NCBI GenBank assembly: GCA_964583985.1 | Contig: CAZOYD010000027.1 | Span: forward strand, 1-41,970 | Reading direction: 5' to 3' | Origin: an uncultured archaeon | GTDB lineage: Archaea; Asgardarchaeota; Lokiarchaeia; Sigyniarchaeales; SOKP01 | DNA length: 41,970 bases | Part shown: positions 1 to 10,790 of the stretch, one piece after another | Layout: each line of letters starts with the position of its first letter | How positions within the stretch are numbered: the stretch's first letter is position 1 | Program-made: the position numbers and the translations under genes | Notes under the pieces: model-generated | Databases searched by the model: none | Told to the model about the DNA's origin: nothing | What the model saw: only the letters and a program-made list of their open reading frames with translations

Positions 1-54
1 CTTAAATCTAGAAGTTCCACTCTCTCCCTTTAGATCTGATTTTTCTAATACCAT
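1..54 (-). CDS. Possible 5' end of a gene running off the window (MVLEKSDLKGESGTSRFK...)
   Basis: ATG at 54 followed by 18 open codons to the window edge; no homology recognisable. Confidence 0.3.
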   Translation of the reverse strand, partial: MVLEKSDLKGESGTSRFK

Positions 55-334
55 CTTATTTTTGCATTTTTATGATTATTTGAAATAATATTTGAAAGTA
101 TTTATATATCTAGGATAAGTAAGCCGATCGTTCAGAAACACAATCTAATATTAATAGGAACGATTTCCGCATATGCAAAATATGATTAGTTTAAAGAGCT
201 CAAAAATGGAGAGAAAAGTGATAAATTTGATGGATATTAGTTTTGCAGAAATAGTATTTTATATCACTTTTTTTCCACACGTAGGATAAATAGATTGTCC
301 TTCTGGGAGAATTCTTCGCCTAAATTTGTGTACT

Positions 335-1081
335 TTAAATTAACAAATCCTCATCAATGTTATTGATGAACCGAAATTCTTTTGGGGTTAATATCGCAAT
401 CCTCACTTTCCCTCCGCATTTTGGAAAATTGGAAGTGAATCTTTCTAGCCCAATAACGGCCCTAATTAAGTAATCGGTGAATTCAACACCATCTTTAAGA
501 GAAAGAAGGCTATATGGGATCTTTCTCTTTGGAACCCCTTGAGAACTATCTGACATGCTCAAAAGCTTGTAAATTATCCATTGACCTTCTCCCGCGTAGG
601 TAATCCCATAATTTCCTTTATCAGGCTTTGCCCTCATTTTTTTTTCTGCTTCTAAATCTCCGTTTTTATTCTTATTAAAACCAATGTAATAGATGCATGG
701 AATTACGTTATTGCCTTCATATTCAAATCCACTAATATAAAAGAATAGGCCATAAAGTCCTTTTTTATCAAAAGATTTAAAATAATTAATTAGGATGTCT
801 GCAATTTTCTCAATGGATCTATATTCCTCATCAGAATAATTGCTATCTGATAGAATTTCCCTTATAGTATATATATGGGTACTCAATGGTTTTTTACCAG
901 GCATTGCATTTCCAACCTGAGACAATCCATAGTTATACTTGCCGTTTTTAGCGGAGATATTAAAAAATTTCTGACTATTTTTAAAAGAATTAATAGGATT
1001 TCCTTTTACTGAGATTGTCGATTGAGTGTCTGATCCAAGAACTATTCCTTCCGGAATATATAATATTGTGATTATTGTCAT
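335..1081 (-). CDS. Proteasome-beta/HslV-like Ntn-hydrolase fold protein
   Basis: A start at the second Met (1081) gives M-T-I-I-T-I...G-I-V-L-G-S-D-T-Q, i.e. an N-terminal Thr followed by the 'G-V-V-L-A-A-D-x-R'-type strand. A downstream Lys (QKFF) and a C-terminal 'CGGKVRIAILT' resemble the beta-subunit 'GG.i.v..i' strand. Confidence 0.65.
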   Translation of the reverse strand: MTIITILYIPEGIVLGSDTQSTISVKGNPINSFKNSQKFFNISAKNGKYNYGLSQVGNAMPGKKPLSTHIYTIREILSDSNYSDEEYRSIEKIADILINYFKSFDKKGLYGLFFYISGFEYEGNNVIPCIYYIGFNKNKNGDLEAEKKMRAKPDKGNYGITYAGEGQWIIYKLLSMSDSSQGVPKRKIPYSLLSLKDGVEFTDYLIRAVIGLERFTSNFPKCGGKVRIAILTPKEFRFINNIDEDLLI

Positions 1082-1194
1082 AACACAAATTCTCATTTAA
1101 ACTATTTAAAGAAAAAGATCTCTTGATGAGTGGTTCTACGTCTCTAAAGCCATAAAACATTCATATTAAGGGCGGTTTCTGCATAAATTATTTT

Positions 1195-1758
1195 TTAAAT
1201 CACTTTATTTCCACAATTATGGCAAATAATCTCCCCCTCTGATAGAAAAGCACCGCAATGCTTGCAGAAGGGCTTTTCCAATGGATCTTTCAACTCTTGC
1301 GAAGCGTGAATTTGTACTTGAGACGCAACATCTAAATCATCTGGAGGACTCGGAGGAATTCCGATATAAGGAGCTGGAAAATTATCACCTCGTCGCTTTC
1401 TAATTATATTCCCAAGAGGATTACCTCCAAGCCAAAATTCAGAAGTGATTGAAAGTATGAGAACGGAATTTGGACCTGCTTTCGTTACAAGTAAATATCC
1501 AGAGCTCCCCTTAATGTAAAGTTCGTTAAAATCACCCTTAACCATCCCCATGAGGGCTTTTTCGGATAATGATTCCAATGCAGTGGTCATAGCAGCAAGT
1601 TTCGTATCATCTACTCCTTGGGGTAATGCTGATGCAATTGACAATCCTTCAGCAGAGACTATTGCGGCAGCTTTAGCTTCGGGGATTGCTCCTAAGAGCT
1701 TTCTAATAAGATTATCCAAAAATTCAGGAGTGTTAGGATCAAAGTATTGCGCCATCAT
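1195..1758 (-). CDS. Roadblock/LC7 (MglB-like) domain protein with Pro-rich linker and C-terminal double zinc ribbon
   Basis: AAAIVSAEGLSIASALP...LAAMTTAL...ELYIKGSSGYLLV roadblock pattern; C-terminal CKHCG...CHNCG. Confidence 0.85.
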   Translation of the reverse strand: MMAQYFDPNTPEFLDNLIRKLLGAIPEAKAAAIVSAEGLSIASALPQGVDDTKLAAMTTALESLSEKALMGMVKGDFNELYIKGSSGYLLVTKAGPNSVLILSITSEFWLGGNPLGNIIRKRRGDNFPAPYIGIPPSPPDDLDVASQVQIHASQELKDPLEKPFCKHCGAFLSEGEIICHNCGNKVI

Positions 1759-1880
1759 TTTTCCTCTATTTTCTGGATTTCTTTCATATCGTCATTAAAA
1801 ATTAACCGATATTTGAATTTAAATATTTCAATGAAATTGAATAATAATCTTTTCTTTAGAAGAAAATGTAAGGTATTATT

Positions 1881-4076
1881 CTAAAGATTTAACATAAAAT
1901 TTTCCTTTATATTTTTGATTACCTCGGGATGATTTTTAAACCCTTCAACCATTTTGATACGCTCGCTGTTTTTTGCGGTTATTTCGATTAAAGGGGCATC
2001 TGCAACAAAACCAACTGCTATTAAATCATCCCATTTACTTTCATCAAGATATATTCGATTGCCAAGCTCTCTTGGATAATGCACCAGCAAGTATTTTGAT
2101 TCGGGGGATTTCTTGATTAGTAACAGATGTCTGGGTGTTGAGCCCGGCGTGATGAATTCGCGTGTAAACCAAGAGTTTTCTCCTAAGATCGTGGCGTAGG
2201 TATCCGCTTCATCATCGAGACCGTTAAATACCATGAAGAAATACTCGGTTTCCTTCAACTTTTCACAAGCTTCCTCAAAAGAATTGGTCTCAATTTTTTC
2301 AAAAAAAACTTCTTTTTCAACGCCCAGAATTCGTGCTATCTCCTTAATGCAAGAAAGGCAGTCCATTTCACCATCCTGAATGTCGATGTCTCTCACTTTT
2401 TCGATGTTCTCCAAGAGAAAAGCAAATTTTGCTACAATGGAATCGATGTATCTTATACCTTCTGAACCCTGAACTGTTTGGACCAAGCGATAAAACGAAT
2501 GATATTGGTCCTGAAGCTTCATTTCATCAATTGTTTCCAAGAAGAGAGAAAAATATTCCAAGATAAGATCATGGACGTCTTCTTGATAGTGGACATCTCT
2601 AATGATCCTAAATATAACGTGGATGTTCTCACTAATGAGTAGAGATCGTTCTTCTTCAGTTAACAAGTCTAACATTCCTTCTTTTATGATACACGCAACA
2701 ACCGTCGGGTACCCACTTTCAAACCTCTTTCCTATTTCATCTTTTAATACTCTTCTGGCAAGGGGATCTCCCACTTCTGCCAATTTTCTTAGCAAGGGAA
2801 AGGACAAGTTGCTATGTAAAATCCTGGTGTCATAGTCGTTTTCTGTCCATGCTTGCAGGTTCGAACAATGCCCCCAAAATTCACTTTCAGGATCAATTGT
2901 ATATTTTACATCCTCTTGACCTTCATATGTCCACCCCAATCTATCCGCAGCTTCATCAATTGAATCAATTTCGTCATAAAATTGGACTTCATCAATCGGG
3001 ATGTCGAGCATCAAGAAATTACATTGATCGAAAGGAAGGTTTTTTACAAAAATCAGAGTGCGTTTTTTTTCTTTTCCTTTTATTAATCTTATTGTCATGT
3101 AGTCATTGATTTTGAATTTTTTAATAGTTCTGGATTCATACCAAGCCTTCGAATTTTGAACATTTATCGATTCTTGGTCAAGACTGTGGTGTTTTTCCAT
3201 TCCTAAAATATTTTTAATAGCATCTAATAACTCTCCAATTTCTTCTTGAGAACCAACTCCATCCTTCAAGTTAAAGTAAGCGAGCCCAGCAACTAGAGAT
3301 ATCCATTCAAAATAATCATCTATCAACACGTCAATGAGCTTGATGAGGATTTTTGGAGAAAGCTCTCGATCCCCTTCCAAATATTTCAAGAATTTTTCCA
3401 TGATCTGTTGCATCGCAAACAATGTGTCAGAATTGTCAATTGGCTCATCAAAATATGCTGAATATTTTTTAGGAATTTTTTCTTGGAATACTTTTGATTT
3501 TTGTTGGAATTGTTGAAACAATCGGTTAAAATGTTCACTTGGAGTCATTTCAGGTAGAAGACTTGGTATCAAAACATTTATTCCCATCTTGCGATATCTT
3601 TCTGAGCGCACTAAATCTTGTTGTTTCTCACATAATTCCGAGAGATAGTAATATATCATCACGTTTGTCTCATCAATGTCAAGCGCTTTTCTAAAATGAT
3701 CTAGAGCATTTTTGAGATCTCCTTCTTTTTCGTATTTTTGTCCTAACCTCATATAATGATAGGATTGGACAAATCGCTTGTTACTTTCTAATTCCCATCC
3801 GAGCAATTCCTTCATTGATTCAATGGCATCCTGTTCTTTCTCCGGAGTAGAAAGCTCACGCTTGATTGCGTAATATGCGAACGTGAAATTTAAAATTAAC
3901 ATTGCAGTCTCATCTTTTATCATGAGCGAAATGAGTTCCATGAAATCCTTTGGTGAGAATACATGGTCATTTTCTGATAAATTCTCCTTCAATTGGAAGA
4001 ATGCAAATGCAAAGTTTTCAATTGTCCTTATTTCTTCTCGTTCCATTGTTTCTACCTCTTTTTTTTCCTTAATCAC
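1881..4076 (-). CDS. TPR-containing protein with a Lokiarchaeia-type conserved domain usually seen next to LRRs
   Basis: TPR segment YMRLGQKYEKEGDLKNALDHFRKALDIDE; central FKINDYMTIRL...FDQC...EIDSIDEA...EFWGHCSNLQAWTENDYDTRILHSNLSFPLLRKL motif, recognised from memory. Confidence 0.65.
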   Translation of the reverse strand: MIKEKKEVETMEREEIRTIENFAFAFFQLKENLSENDHVFSPKDFMELISLMIKDETAMLILNFTFAYYAIKRELSTPEKEQDAIESMKELLGWELESNKRFVQSYHYMRLGQKYEKEGDLKNALDHFRKALDIDETNVMIYYYLSELCEKQQDLVRSERYRKMGINVLIPSLLPEMTPSEHFNRLFQQFQQKSKVFQEKIPKKYSAYFDEPIDNSDTLFAMQQIMEKFLKYLEGDRELSPKILIKLIDVLIDDYFEWISLVAGLAYFNLKDGVGSQEEIGELLDAIKNILGMEKHHSLDQESINVQNSKAWYESRTIKKFKINDYMTIRLIKGKEKKRTLIFVKNLPFDQCNFLMLDIPIDEVQFYDEIDSIDEAADRLGWTYEGQEDVKYTIDPESEFWGHCSNLQAWTENDYDTRILHSNLSFPLLRKLAEVGDPLARRVLKDEIGKRFESGYPTVVACIIKEGMLDLLTEEERSLLISENIHVIFRIIRDVHYQEDVHDLILEYFSLFLETIDEMKLQDQYHSFYRLVQTVQGSEGIRYIDSIVAKFAFLLENIEKVRDIDIQDGEMDCLSCIKEIARILGVEKEVFFEKIETNSFEEACEKLKETEYFFMVFNGLDDEADTYATILGENSWFTREFITPGSTPRHLLLIKKSPESKYLLVHYPRELGNRIYLDESKWDDLIAVGFVADAPLIEITAKNSERIKMVEGFKNHPEVIKNIKENFMLNL

Positions 4077-4404
4077 TTGTTAACCAAGGTTGTTCGTATA
4101 CCTTTTCAACAGAGTGCAGGCATTCAGAACAAATGTTGATGCTACCATCCACTATAAATTCATTGGGTACTTCTAACCTTGACAGTCCTAAATTCTCAAC
4201 AATGAAAGAGAACTTCTCAGGAGAAAATTGAGCGAACTCATTATTAACTCGTTGAAAATGCTCTCTCGAATATTCCGTATTACAAATATAACACTTGGAA
4301 ACTGATATTTTTTCTCCTTTGAGGGAATTAAAAGTTTGAATGAAATTCATAAAAACCCCAATTACAGAAGGGGCATGATGGATTTTGTGATGCTTGGTCT
4401 CCAT
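4069..4404 (-). CDS. Hypothetical protein with two CxxC pairs
   Basis: CYIC and CSEC; its stop overlaps the start of the downstream gene. Confidence 0.55.
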   Translation of the reverse strand: METKHHKIHHAPSVIGVFMNFIQTFNSLKGEKISVSKCYICNTEYSREHFQRVNNEFAQFSPEKFSFIVENLGLSRLEVPNEFIVDGSINICSECLHSVEKVYEQPWLTSD

Positions 4405-4620
4405 TTAATTTTTCACTACTTTTTAATTTTTTTTGTGTTTTTGCTATTGAATAATACTCAGATCATTCTATTTAAAGAACAATTGACCAGTTAATTTTAC
4501 CCACAAGGAATAAATTTTTTAGAAAAAATAGAAAGGAAATATCGTCATTTAAATCCTACCCCGTTTTTTTGCTTAAGTGCAAATTTCTTTGTATTTTATA
4601 ATAATCTTTTAAGATTTTCA

Positions 4621-4947
4621 TTATATAACCTCGTTGTCATCTTCTTCTGATAAGGTTAACGATATTTTTAATTCCAATTCACTTATGTCTTTATCTATTT
4701 TCTTTATTCTTTCTTCTGAATATAAATATCCTTCTGATTCTTCGTTAACGATTTTTTCTAATTTTTTAATGTGACTTTTTCGCCAATCTTCAAGTTTCTG
4801 TATCGTTTTTTCCATTTCTTCGACACTTTTTGTCTCTTCTCTTTTCCAGTTTCTTATACTCTGGTATCCAGCTTTTATACCAAAATATATATCACAACTA
4901 TTTTTTTCCCAACATCTTTTACAATTTCCTGATGGATGACAAGTCAT
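4621..4947 (-). CDS. Hypothetical protein with Cys-rich N-terminus and coiled coil
   Basis: CHPSGNCKRCWEKNSC followed by a charged helical region; purine-rich RBS-like sequence upstream. Confidence 0.55.
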   Translation of the reverse strand: MTCHPSGNCKRCWEKNSCDIYFGIKAGYQSIRNWKREETKSVEEMEKTIQKLEDWRKSHIKKLEKIVNEESEGYLYSEERIKKIDKDISELELKISLTLSEEDDNEVI

Positions 4948-5115
4948 TTTTATTCCTCTTAATCTTTTTAGGTTATTATATTTTAAATTGAATTTATCAA
5001 GTATATATAAAATCTGAATAATTAATCCTCAAGTTTAATGGAATTTCCTAATGTTACTAAACTTTTGAAAAGGAGGTTCCGTTTCAAGTAAAGCAACTTT
5101 AGCAAGATTATATTT

Positions 5116-5697
5116 TCATTTTGCTTTTTCTCCACAATTAGAACAGAAATCCCCACTTTCGACATTTTTACCACATTTTACACAGACAGTTGTTGAAGTG
5201 GAATATGGAGTATATGTTTTTGCCTTCAATTCCGTTCGGATGGTCCTTGATCTGTTCTTTTGCATGATAAATCTACCGATTCCAACTGTTATTATGATAC
5301 CTAAAATTACTAAAAACCCTATCGCCATCGGAACCAAAAGGTCTGGAGGTGTATAATTTTCTATAACGATAGTAATATATCCCTCTACGCTTTCTTCTTT
5401 TAGAAAGGTAAAATCATAACTACCACTAATATATAATTTTTTTGAACCACTATCTTTAGTTTTCGAATTACACAACCATGTAGAACTGCCACTTGGGCTA
5501 CGAACGACTACAGAAACTTCAAAAGCTTCGTCATAAGTTCTAAAACTCCAAGATATGTATTCGTCTTCTAATACTTTATCTACCACTATTGTATCAGAAT
5601 TGGAATAGGAGTTTAGCCAAAAAAAAGTTTGTTCTATTCTATCTATCCCTTTAACGTTTGGAATGGTAAAACAGCAAATCAGACTAAATAACACCAT
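5116..5697 (-). CDS. Single-pass membrane protein: beta-rich extracellular domain, TM helix, cytoplasmic zinc ribbon
   Basis: Hydrophobic N-terminus; TM MAIGFLVILGIIITVGIG; C-terminal CVKCG...CSNCG. The frame stays open to a CTG at 5721 preceded by GGTGA, so the start may lie further upstream. Confidence 0.65.
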   Translation of the reverse strand: MVLFSLICCFTIPNVKGIDRIEQTFFWLNSYSNSDTIVVDKVLEDEYISWSFRTYDEAFEVSVVVRSPSGSSTWLCNSKTKDSGSKKLYISGSYDFTFLKEESVEGYITIVIENYTPPDLLVPMAIGFLVILGIIITVGIGRFIMQKNRSRTIRTELKAKTYTPYSTSTTVCVKCGKNVESGDFCSNCGEKAK

Positions 5698-5779
5698 CCA
5701 TATTTTACTAGTATTTTTCAGGCTATCACCTTATTTTTCTGATTAGTCCAACCAAATATGTTTCTATTAAACCATATTC

Positions 5780-6028
5780 TTAAATAGCTCCTTCCCATCT
5801 AGGAAGCTTTTCCATAAAATGTTTAAACACTGGCTCATCTGCTAATGTAGTACCCTCTATTTCCTCAATTAATATTTTCATAGGGACAATATTACTCTTA
5901 CGCGAAGCCATTTCTACTCCATCTATTATTAACGGTAAAAAAGCTCGAATTAATCCCACATTTTGCTCATCTGCCAAGAATTTCCTGAATAGAGTGGCAT
6001 CATCCACCTGTAATTTATTCACGTTCAA
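5780..6028 (-). CDS. Small hypothetical protein
   Basis: 82-aa ORF with TTG start and globular composition. Confidence 0.5.
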   Translation of the reverse strand: MNVNKLQVDDATLFRKFLADEQNVGLIRAFLPLIIDGVEMASRKSNIVPMKILIEEIEGTTLADEPVFKHFMEKLPRWEGAI

Positions 6029-6248
6029 ACTGTTTTCCGCTACCTATTCTTAAAATGTTCTTGTCTAATTAGTGTTGTAGTTACTTATAAATAAAAATTC
6101 TTCCATGAATCTTTCAAACACAATACTTGGTTCATTTAAGCTTTGTTAAAAAATAAATCAAAAAAAACCTAATTTAAAAAACGAGTAATTTTACTATTTT
6201 TTTGTATAAATTAAGTATAAAATAATAATCCAAATTTAAATTACTGTC

Positions 6249-7319
6249 ATGCCATCGAATTTAGATGATAATCCGAAAGTGAGTGAAGAAATTGAATTTT
6301 ATATGTGTTTAAAATGTGGATTCGTATATAGTAGGAATCCAGAAGTTAAGGAAGAAGATGGGTTTTATGTATGCGAGAACTGTGGATATGTATGTAGTAG
6401 GAATTTTGATGACCATTACTTATTTAAAGATTATAATAAAACTAGTTGTTGCGATGATCCAGAAATTGAGGAAGAAGACGGATTTAATGTGTGTGTGAAC
6501 TGTGGTTGTGTATTCAGCAGGATATTAGATAACTCACCACGAATCAGTGATGAGGAATTTCCCCTAGAAGAGGAGATACACGAAAAAAGGAGTAATGAAA
6601 GAGTGTATAGTCAAATAGGACCTCGCACGACTATTCGAGGAAGTCGAGATGCACGTGGGAATTTACTCAGTCCAAAATATAAATTAAAATTCAATAAACT
6701 TGCTAAAATTCACAGATCTTTAACAACGACCTATGATCGGAATTTATGGATTGCATTACCTAAATTACAGAGTTTACAGAAAAGACTCGGGATTCCAGAT
6801 GCCGTTGCTGAAGATACTTTACGAATTTATAGCCAAACTGTAAAGAAAAAGTTGACAATGGGCAGAAGTATTGATTCTCTACTAGCAGCTTCCATATTTT
6901 GTGCTTTAAGAGTTAATGGAATACCTAGAACCGTCGAAGAGATAGCTAAAGTTGCTCAAATCCCCCAAAAAAAAGTCACAAAAAGCTATCGTCTAATTAT
7001 GGTGGAGATCCTTCCCAATCTTAATTTAAAAGTACAACATTTCACGGCGGATAGGTACGTAGACAAATTCTATGATGAGTTGAGGTTATCAATGAAATGC
7101 AGAAATCTCTCACAGAAAGTAATAGAAAAAGCGAATCAACAAGGATTTAATTCGGCTGGAAAAGACCCAAAGGGCATTGCTGCTGCTTCTATATATATTT
7201 GTTCAAAATTATGTAATGAAACCCGCACTCAAAAAGAAATTAGTAAACTGTCCAGAGTTACAGAAGTTACTCTAAGAATGAGGGTAAAGGAGTTGATGAA
7301 ATATGTCGATATTAAATAA
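6249..7319 (+). CDS. tfb: Transcription initiation factor IIB (TFB) paralog with repeated N-terminal zinc-ribbon units
   Basis: Two cyclin-fold repeats (GRSIDSLLAASIFCALR...PRTVEEIA; GKDPKGIAAASIYI...TQKEISKLSRVTEVTLR) and three CxxCG units in the N-terminus. Confidence 0.9.
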   Translation: MPSNLDDNPKVSEEIEFYMCLKCGFVYSRNPEVKEEDGFYVCENCGYVCSRNFDDHYLFKDYNKTSCCDDPEIEEEDGFNVCVNCGCVFSRILDNSPRISDEEFPLEEEIHEKRSNERVYSQIGPRTTIRGSRDARGNLLSPKYKLKFNKLAKIHRSLTTTYDRNLWIALPKLQSLQKRLGIPDAVAEDTLRIYSQTVKKKLTMGRSIDSLLAASIFCALRVNGIPRTVEEIAKVAQIPQKKVTKSYRLIMVEILPNLNLKVQHFTADRYVDKFYDELRLSMKCRNLSQKVIEKANQQGFNSAGKDPKGIAAASIYICSKLCNETRTQKEISKLSRVTEVTLRMRVKELMKYVDIK

Positions 7320-7509
7320 TTTATGGTAATACAAATTCAATTTATATATCCAAAGTTTTAATCCTCTAAATAAGGTCAAACTTTTGATTTAATTTTTAAC
7401 TTGAAATGGTTTATGAGTCAGAATCCCGAAAAGATATTTGATAGAAATATTTTTTAAACCCTTAACGGTTTTTTTTTCATCTAGGGATGGGGGTAAAAAA
7501 GCCTCATTT

Positions 7510-9267
7510 TTATTCAATAACTTGTTTCTGCAAGCACTGCTTACAAGCAGTAAGCATCACGTCATCGGCTAGACGCAACAAATAAAGAACATTTCCGCAC
7601 GTATTACACCGAATATCAGTCCGCCCTTGTTCTAAAACCCTCCCTACATGCTTGAAAGGTAAGAATAAATGGCGAATATGGACTTTTTGAAAGGAAATTT
7701 GGCGTAATAATTGAGAAATCTTAGCATGATGAGCTTTTTTGGAGAGCGCACGAAACAGGATCTTGCCCGTGATTGTTGCGTTGATGAAAGGACAAGAAAG
7801 GTAAACCGCCGCACCCAATACGAGCTCTTCTTTCTTATAAGTGCCTTCTTCTTTTAGCAATCTCACCATCTCGTGAATGGTTATTTTAATATCGGAAGCA
7901 TAATACATGATCTCCTCGAGAAGACTTTGGTTTACTCCTGATATCTCGCTGACTTTTATCTTATTGAGCAACTCCCCAAGATAATCAAGGATTATCTTCT
8001 CGTGAATCGTTGGGGGAATTGAATTTATCTTCTCAACGAGAGCTTTTCTTAAGGGGATCTTTTCTTGAATTTCGCGTTTAATGAAGGGAAACGCATGTTT
8101 TAGCGTGATGGTATCTGGAATCCCCATGTACGGAAAAATCCTCTCTAAAAAGAATCTGTTAAGACTACTTTGTGTAATACCTACTTTTCCACAGATATCT
8201 GACATGCTGATGCCCGGAAGCTCGCACGAGATCATCGCAAGCACGCACACTACCGCTGCAATCACCTCTTCCTTTGCGTGATGTAGGAACAAATGAAAAT
8301 GGTCTTGAAGTATAAATGCATTCGAATACAATTCTTCATTTGAAAGGTAAAAACTATTTAAAATGGAGATGACATACCCTTTCATGATCGATGTTTTATC
8401 CCTCTTGGTGTATTCCGGATAATATCTCGTGATCATTATCTTGAGATCCGTGGTAAAAACATTATAACTCAGTTGAAATGCATCCAAGAATTCAGGAAGG
8501 ACGATTAAGGTCCCCTTGGTTTTTAAGAACATGTACAAGACAATCGGACCCGATACCTCTACCTTTTTATATTTCGAATGTATTGAGATTTTTTCTTGGA
8601 TGGATAAATAAAAAGAGGTAAATTCGTCAATCATGTCATCCCTGCTTGACGTGATTGCCATTACTGGCATGCTTAAAGCTTTTAGGGATTTTACATATAC
8701 CTCATGGATCGGATCCACGGTAAATTCGACGCGTATTCTTTCAATCAGATCTTGCTCGCGCTTGCTATATTCTCGATAGAATGGATTGATGACAAGCAAC
8801 CCTTCTTTAAAATCACTGAAACTAATGTTGGAAACGTGTAAGAATTCGCGGACTTTAATTATCTCTCCTTTTAGTCTAAAAACCACGTACGAGACAATGG
8901 GAGTCAATAATTTCACGTTTCGAAATTTAGTCCCTTCCTTAATGCGTGAAAAACTTAAATAAAGCAGGGTTCGACATTCTTCCTTGTATTTAGCCAAGTG
9001 AGGGCGTTGTAATTCCTTGATGATTGATTGAAACTCATCGGAGAAGGGTTGAAAATAACGCCAATATAACTGGAATGCCTTCTGAGGGGTAATGGCAGGA
9101 TGGAGTGACCTGCATATAGTATCAAAAGTAAGACCGTGCTCCCTTAACATTCCGATCTGAAGTACTTGTTCTTGAAAAGTTAACATTACCATCTGATTCT
9201 CATGAAAGTATTTAAACAAAAAATTGAAATATTTGGGATTTGCGTTAGCATCAAATAAATTTTCCAC
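7510..9267 (-). CDS. Large helical protein with degenerate TFB/cyclin-like repeats and C-terminal zinc ribbon
   Basis: Repeated helices (LLTPIVSYVVFRLKG, VSGPIVLYMFLKTKG, VIAAVVCVLAM...MSDICGKVGITQSSL, LVLGAAVYLS); C-terminal CNTCG...CKQC. Confidence 0.55.
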   Translation of the reverse strand: MENLFDANANPKYFNFLFKYFHENQMVMLTFQEQVLQIGMLREHGLTFDTICRSLHPAITPQKAFQLYWRYFQPFSDEFQSIIKELQRPHLAKYKEECRTLLYLSFSRIKEGTKFRNVKLLTPIVSYVVFRLKGEIIKVREFLHVSNISFSDFKEGLLVINPFYREYSKREQDLIERIRVEFTVDPIHEVYVKSLKALSMPVMAITSSRDDMIDEFTSFYLSIQEKISIHSKYKKVEVSGPIVLYMFLKTKGTLIVLPEFLDAFQLSYNVFTTDLKIMITRYYPEYTKRDKTSIMKGYVISILNSFYLSNEELYSNAFILQDHFHLFLHHAKEEVIAAVVCVLAMISCELPGISMSDICGKVGITQSSLNRFFLERIFPYMGIPDTITLKHAFPFIKREIQEKIPLRKALVEKINSIPPTIHEKIILDYLGELLNKIKVSEISGVNQSLLEEIMYYASDIKITIHEMVRLLKEEGTYKKEELVLGAAVYLSCPFINATITGKILFRALSKKAHHAKISQLLRQISFQKVHIRHLFLPFKHVGRVLEQGRTDIRCNTCGNVLYLLRLADDVMLTACKQCLQKQVIE

Positions 9268-9644
9268 TTTTTTTTACCTAAAAAAACCTCAAAAATGAGA
9301 TCTAACACAACAGTATTAGTGTTCCTCTGGAATCACAAAAATTAACTCATTTTTGGATTGAAAAATCTAGGACCTGAAGAAGTTTAAAATTTTATGCCTC
9401 TAAATTAATTATTCGGAGCAAAAATGCTTTGGATTTACTTAAGATGCTAAATTATGATGAAGAATTAAATAGTCATAATTATAGACAGATTGCTCATAGA
9501 ATAGAACAGCTTTTTGGAATGCCATATGATGAAGCTTTTGATTTTTATTCATCCAAACTCCTTAATATATAAATATTGGAAGAAAAGATAAATTTACAGA
9601 CCGATAAGATTTAAATACAAAAAAAACCAATTATTCATTGAACC

Positions 9645-10523
9645 ATGTCACGAAAAACCGCAGAGATTTTAATGGATGATGAAGAAATGGACGTGTTTGA
9701 TTTCATGCTCGAAGCGATGGGATATGATTATAGTACAATTGATGTCATAAGTGGAAAAAACCTCATCGACCGGGAAAACGTCGAGAAAAACTTTCACGTG
9801 CTCGAAAAAATGGTTCAAAATCGCTCATTTAGACGAGCCCCCTATTTTGCCATCGGATATCTCATAATGACCACGGGAGCCCTCATGCCAGAAGGTTTAA
9901 GGAGAGAAATTTTGGAAGCAGCAAGATGGGAACACGAAGAAGGGCAATGGTTGGATGCTGAATTTGCACTTAAAAGGAAGGCTTGTTTACAAGATTTTAG
10001 TGAAAAAATAAAATTATACAAACCAGGTCTGAAATTCTTCCCAACATTAATTAGATACTCTGCATTGAGAGAAATCGAAAGTACAATTCTTAATGTTGAA
10101 CAACTCCAAGAAATTTCCAAATTGAACGAATTATTCAAGATTAAGTACGTTTATTTAGATGGTTGGGGATTGAAATTTATTCCAGAGGAGATTTTCGAAT
10201 GCACCAATCTTAAATTTTTAAGTATGCACCATAATCAACTCATGGAGGTTCCTGAGAAAATTGGAAATTTAAAATTAATAGAAAATATAAAACTAGGTAA
10301 TAATGAACTTACAGAACTTCCAGATTCCCTTGGTGGACTAATAAATTTAGAATTTTTGAGCATTACAAATAATCCCATATCTTCCTTGCCAAATACCTTG
10401 AAAAATCTAAAAAACCTGGAACATATATATGTAAGAGGGACCAAAATCACTGAAAAACCCGAAATCTTTACGGATGCTCGATTTATTGAAGGAACGATAT
10501 ATGTGAAAGGAATTATTAAATAA
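9645..10523 (+). CDS. Leucine-rich repeat protein
   Basis: C-terminal LxxLxLxxNxLxxLP repeats (NLKFLSMHHNQLMEVP, NNELTELPDSLGGL, NNPISSLPNTL). Confidence 0.9.
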   Translation: MSRKTAEILMDDEEMDVFDFMLEAMGYDYSTIDVISGKNLIDRENVEKNFHVLEKMVQNRSFRRAPYFAIGYLIMTTGALMPEGLRREILEAARWEHEEGQWLDAEFALKRKACLQDFSEKIKLYKPGLKFFPTLIRYSALREIESTILNVEQLQEISKLNELFKIKYVYLDGWGLKFIPEEIFECTNLKFLSMHHNQLMEVPEKIGNLKLIENIKLGNNELTELPDSLGGLINLEFLSITNNPISSLPNTLKNLKNLEHIYVRGTKITEKPEIFTDARFIEGTIYVKGIIK

Positions 10524-10790
10524 ATCTAAATATAAGATGTCTAAAGCTCTTTCCCTAAAGCTATTTATATATTCTTAGATTTTTTTAGATTCTTTAATTC
10601 AGTCTTTTTCCATTAAAAATTAAGTAAAATCAAATACGTCATACAAAATCGATTTGATCGGGTATCATAAAAGAAGATTAGGAACCTTGAAATCCCCATA
10701 AAAATTTTATTAGGCAAGCTTTCCCATTCTTTTTTAATGACCCATCATTTGACTAAAATAATTAAAAAAAATTCATTATAAAATCAAAGA

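Noticed and set aside
9305-9572. Plus-strand frame with one in-frame TGA (9375-9377) as a possible selenoprotein
   Set aside because: No start codon upstream of the TGA, no redox motif and no SECIS seen; more likely a gene remnant
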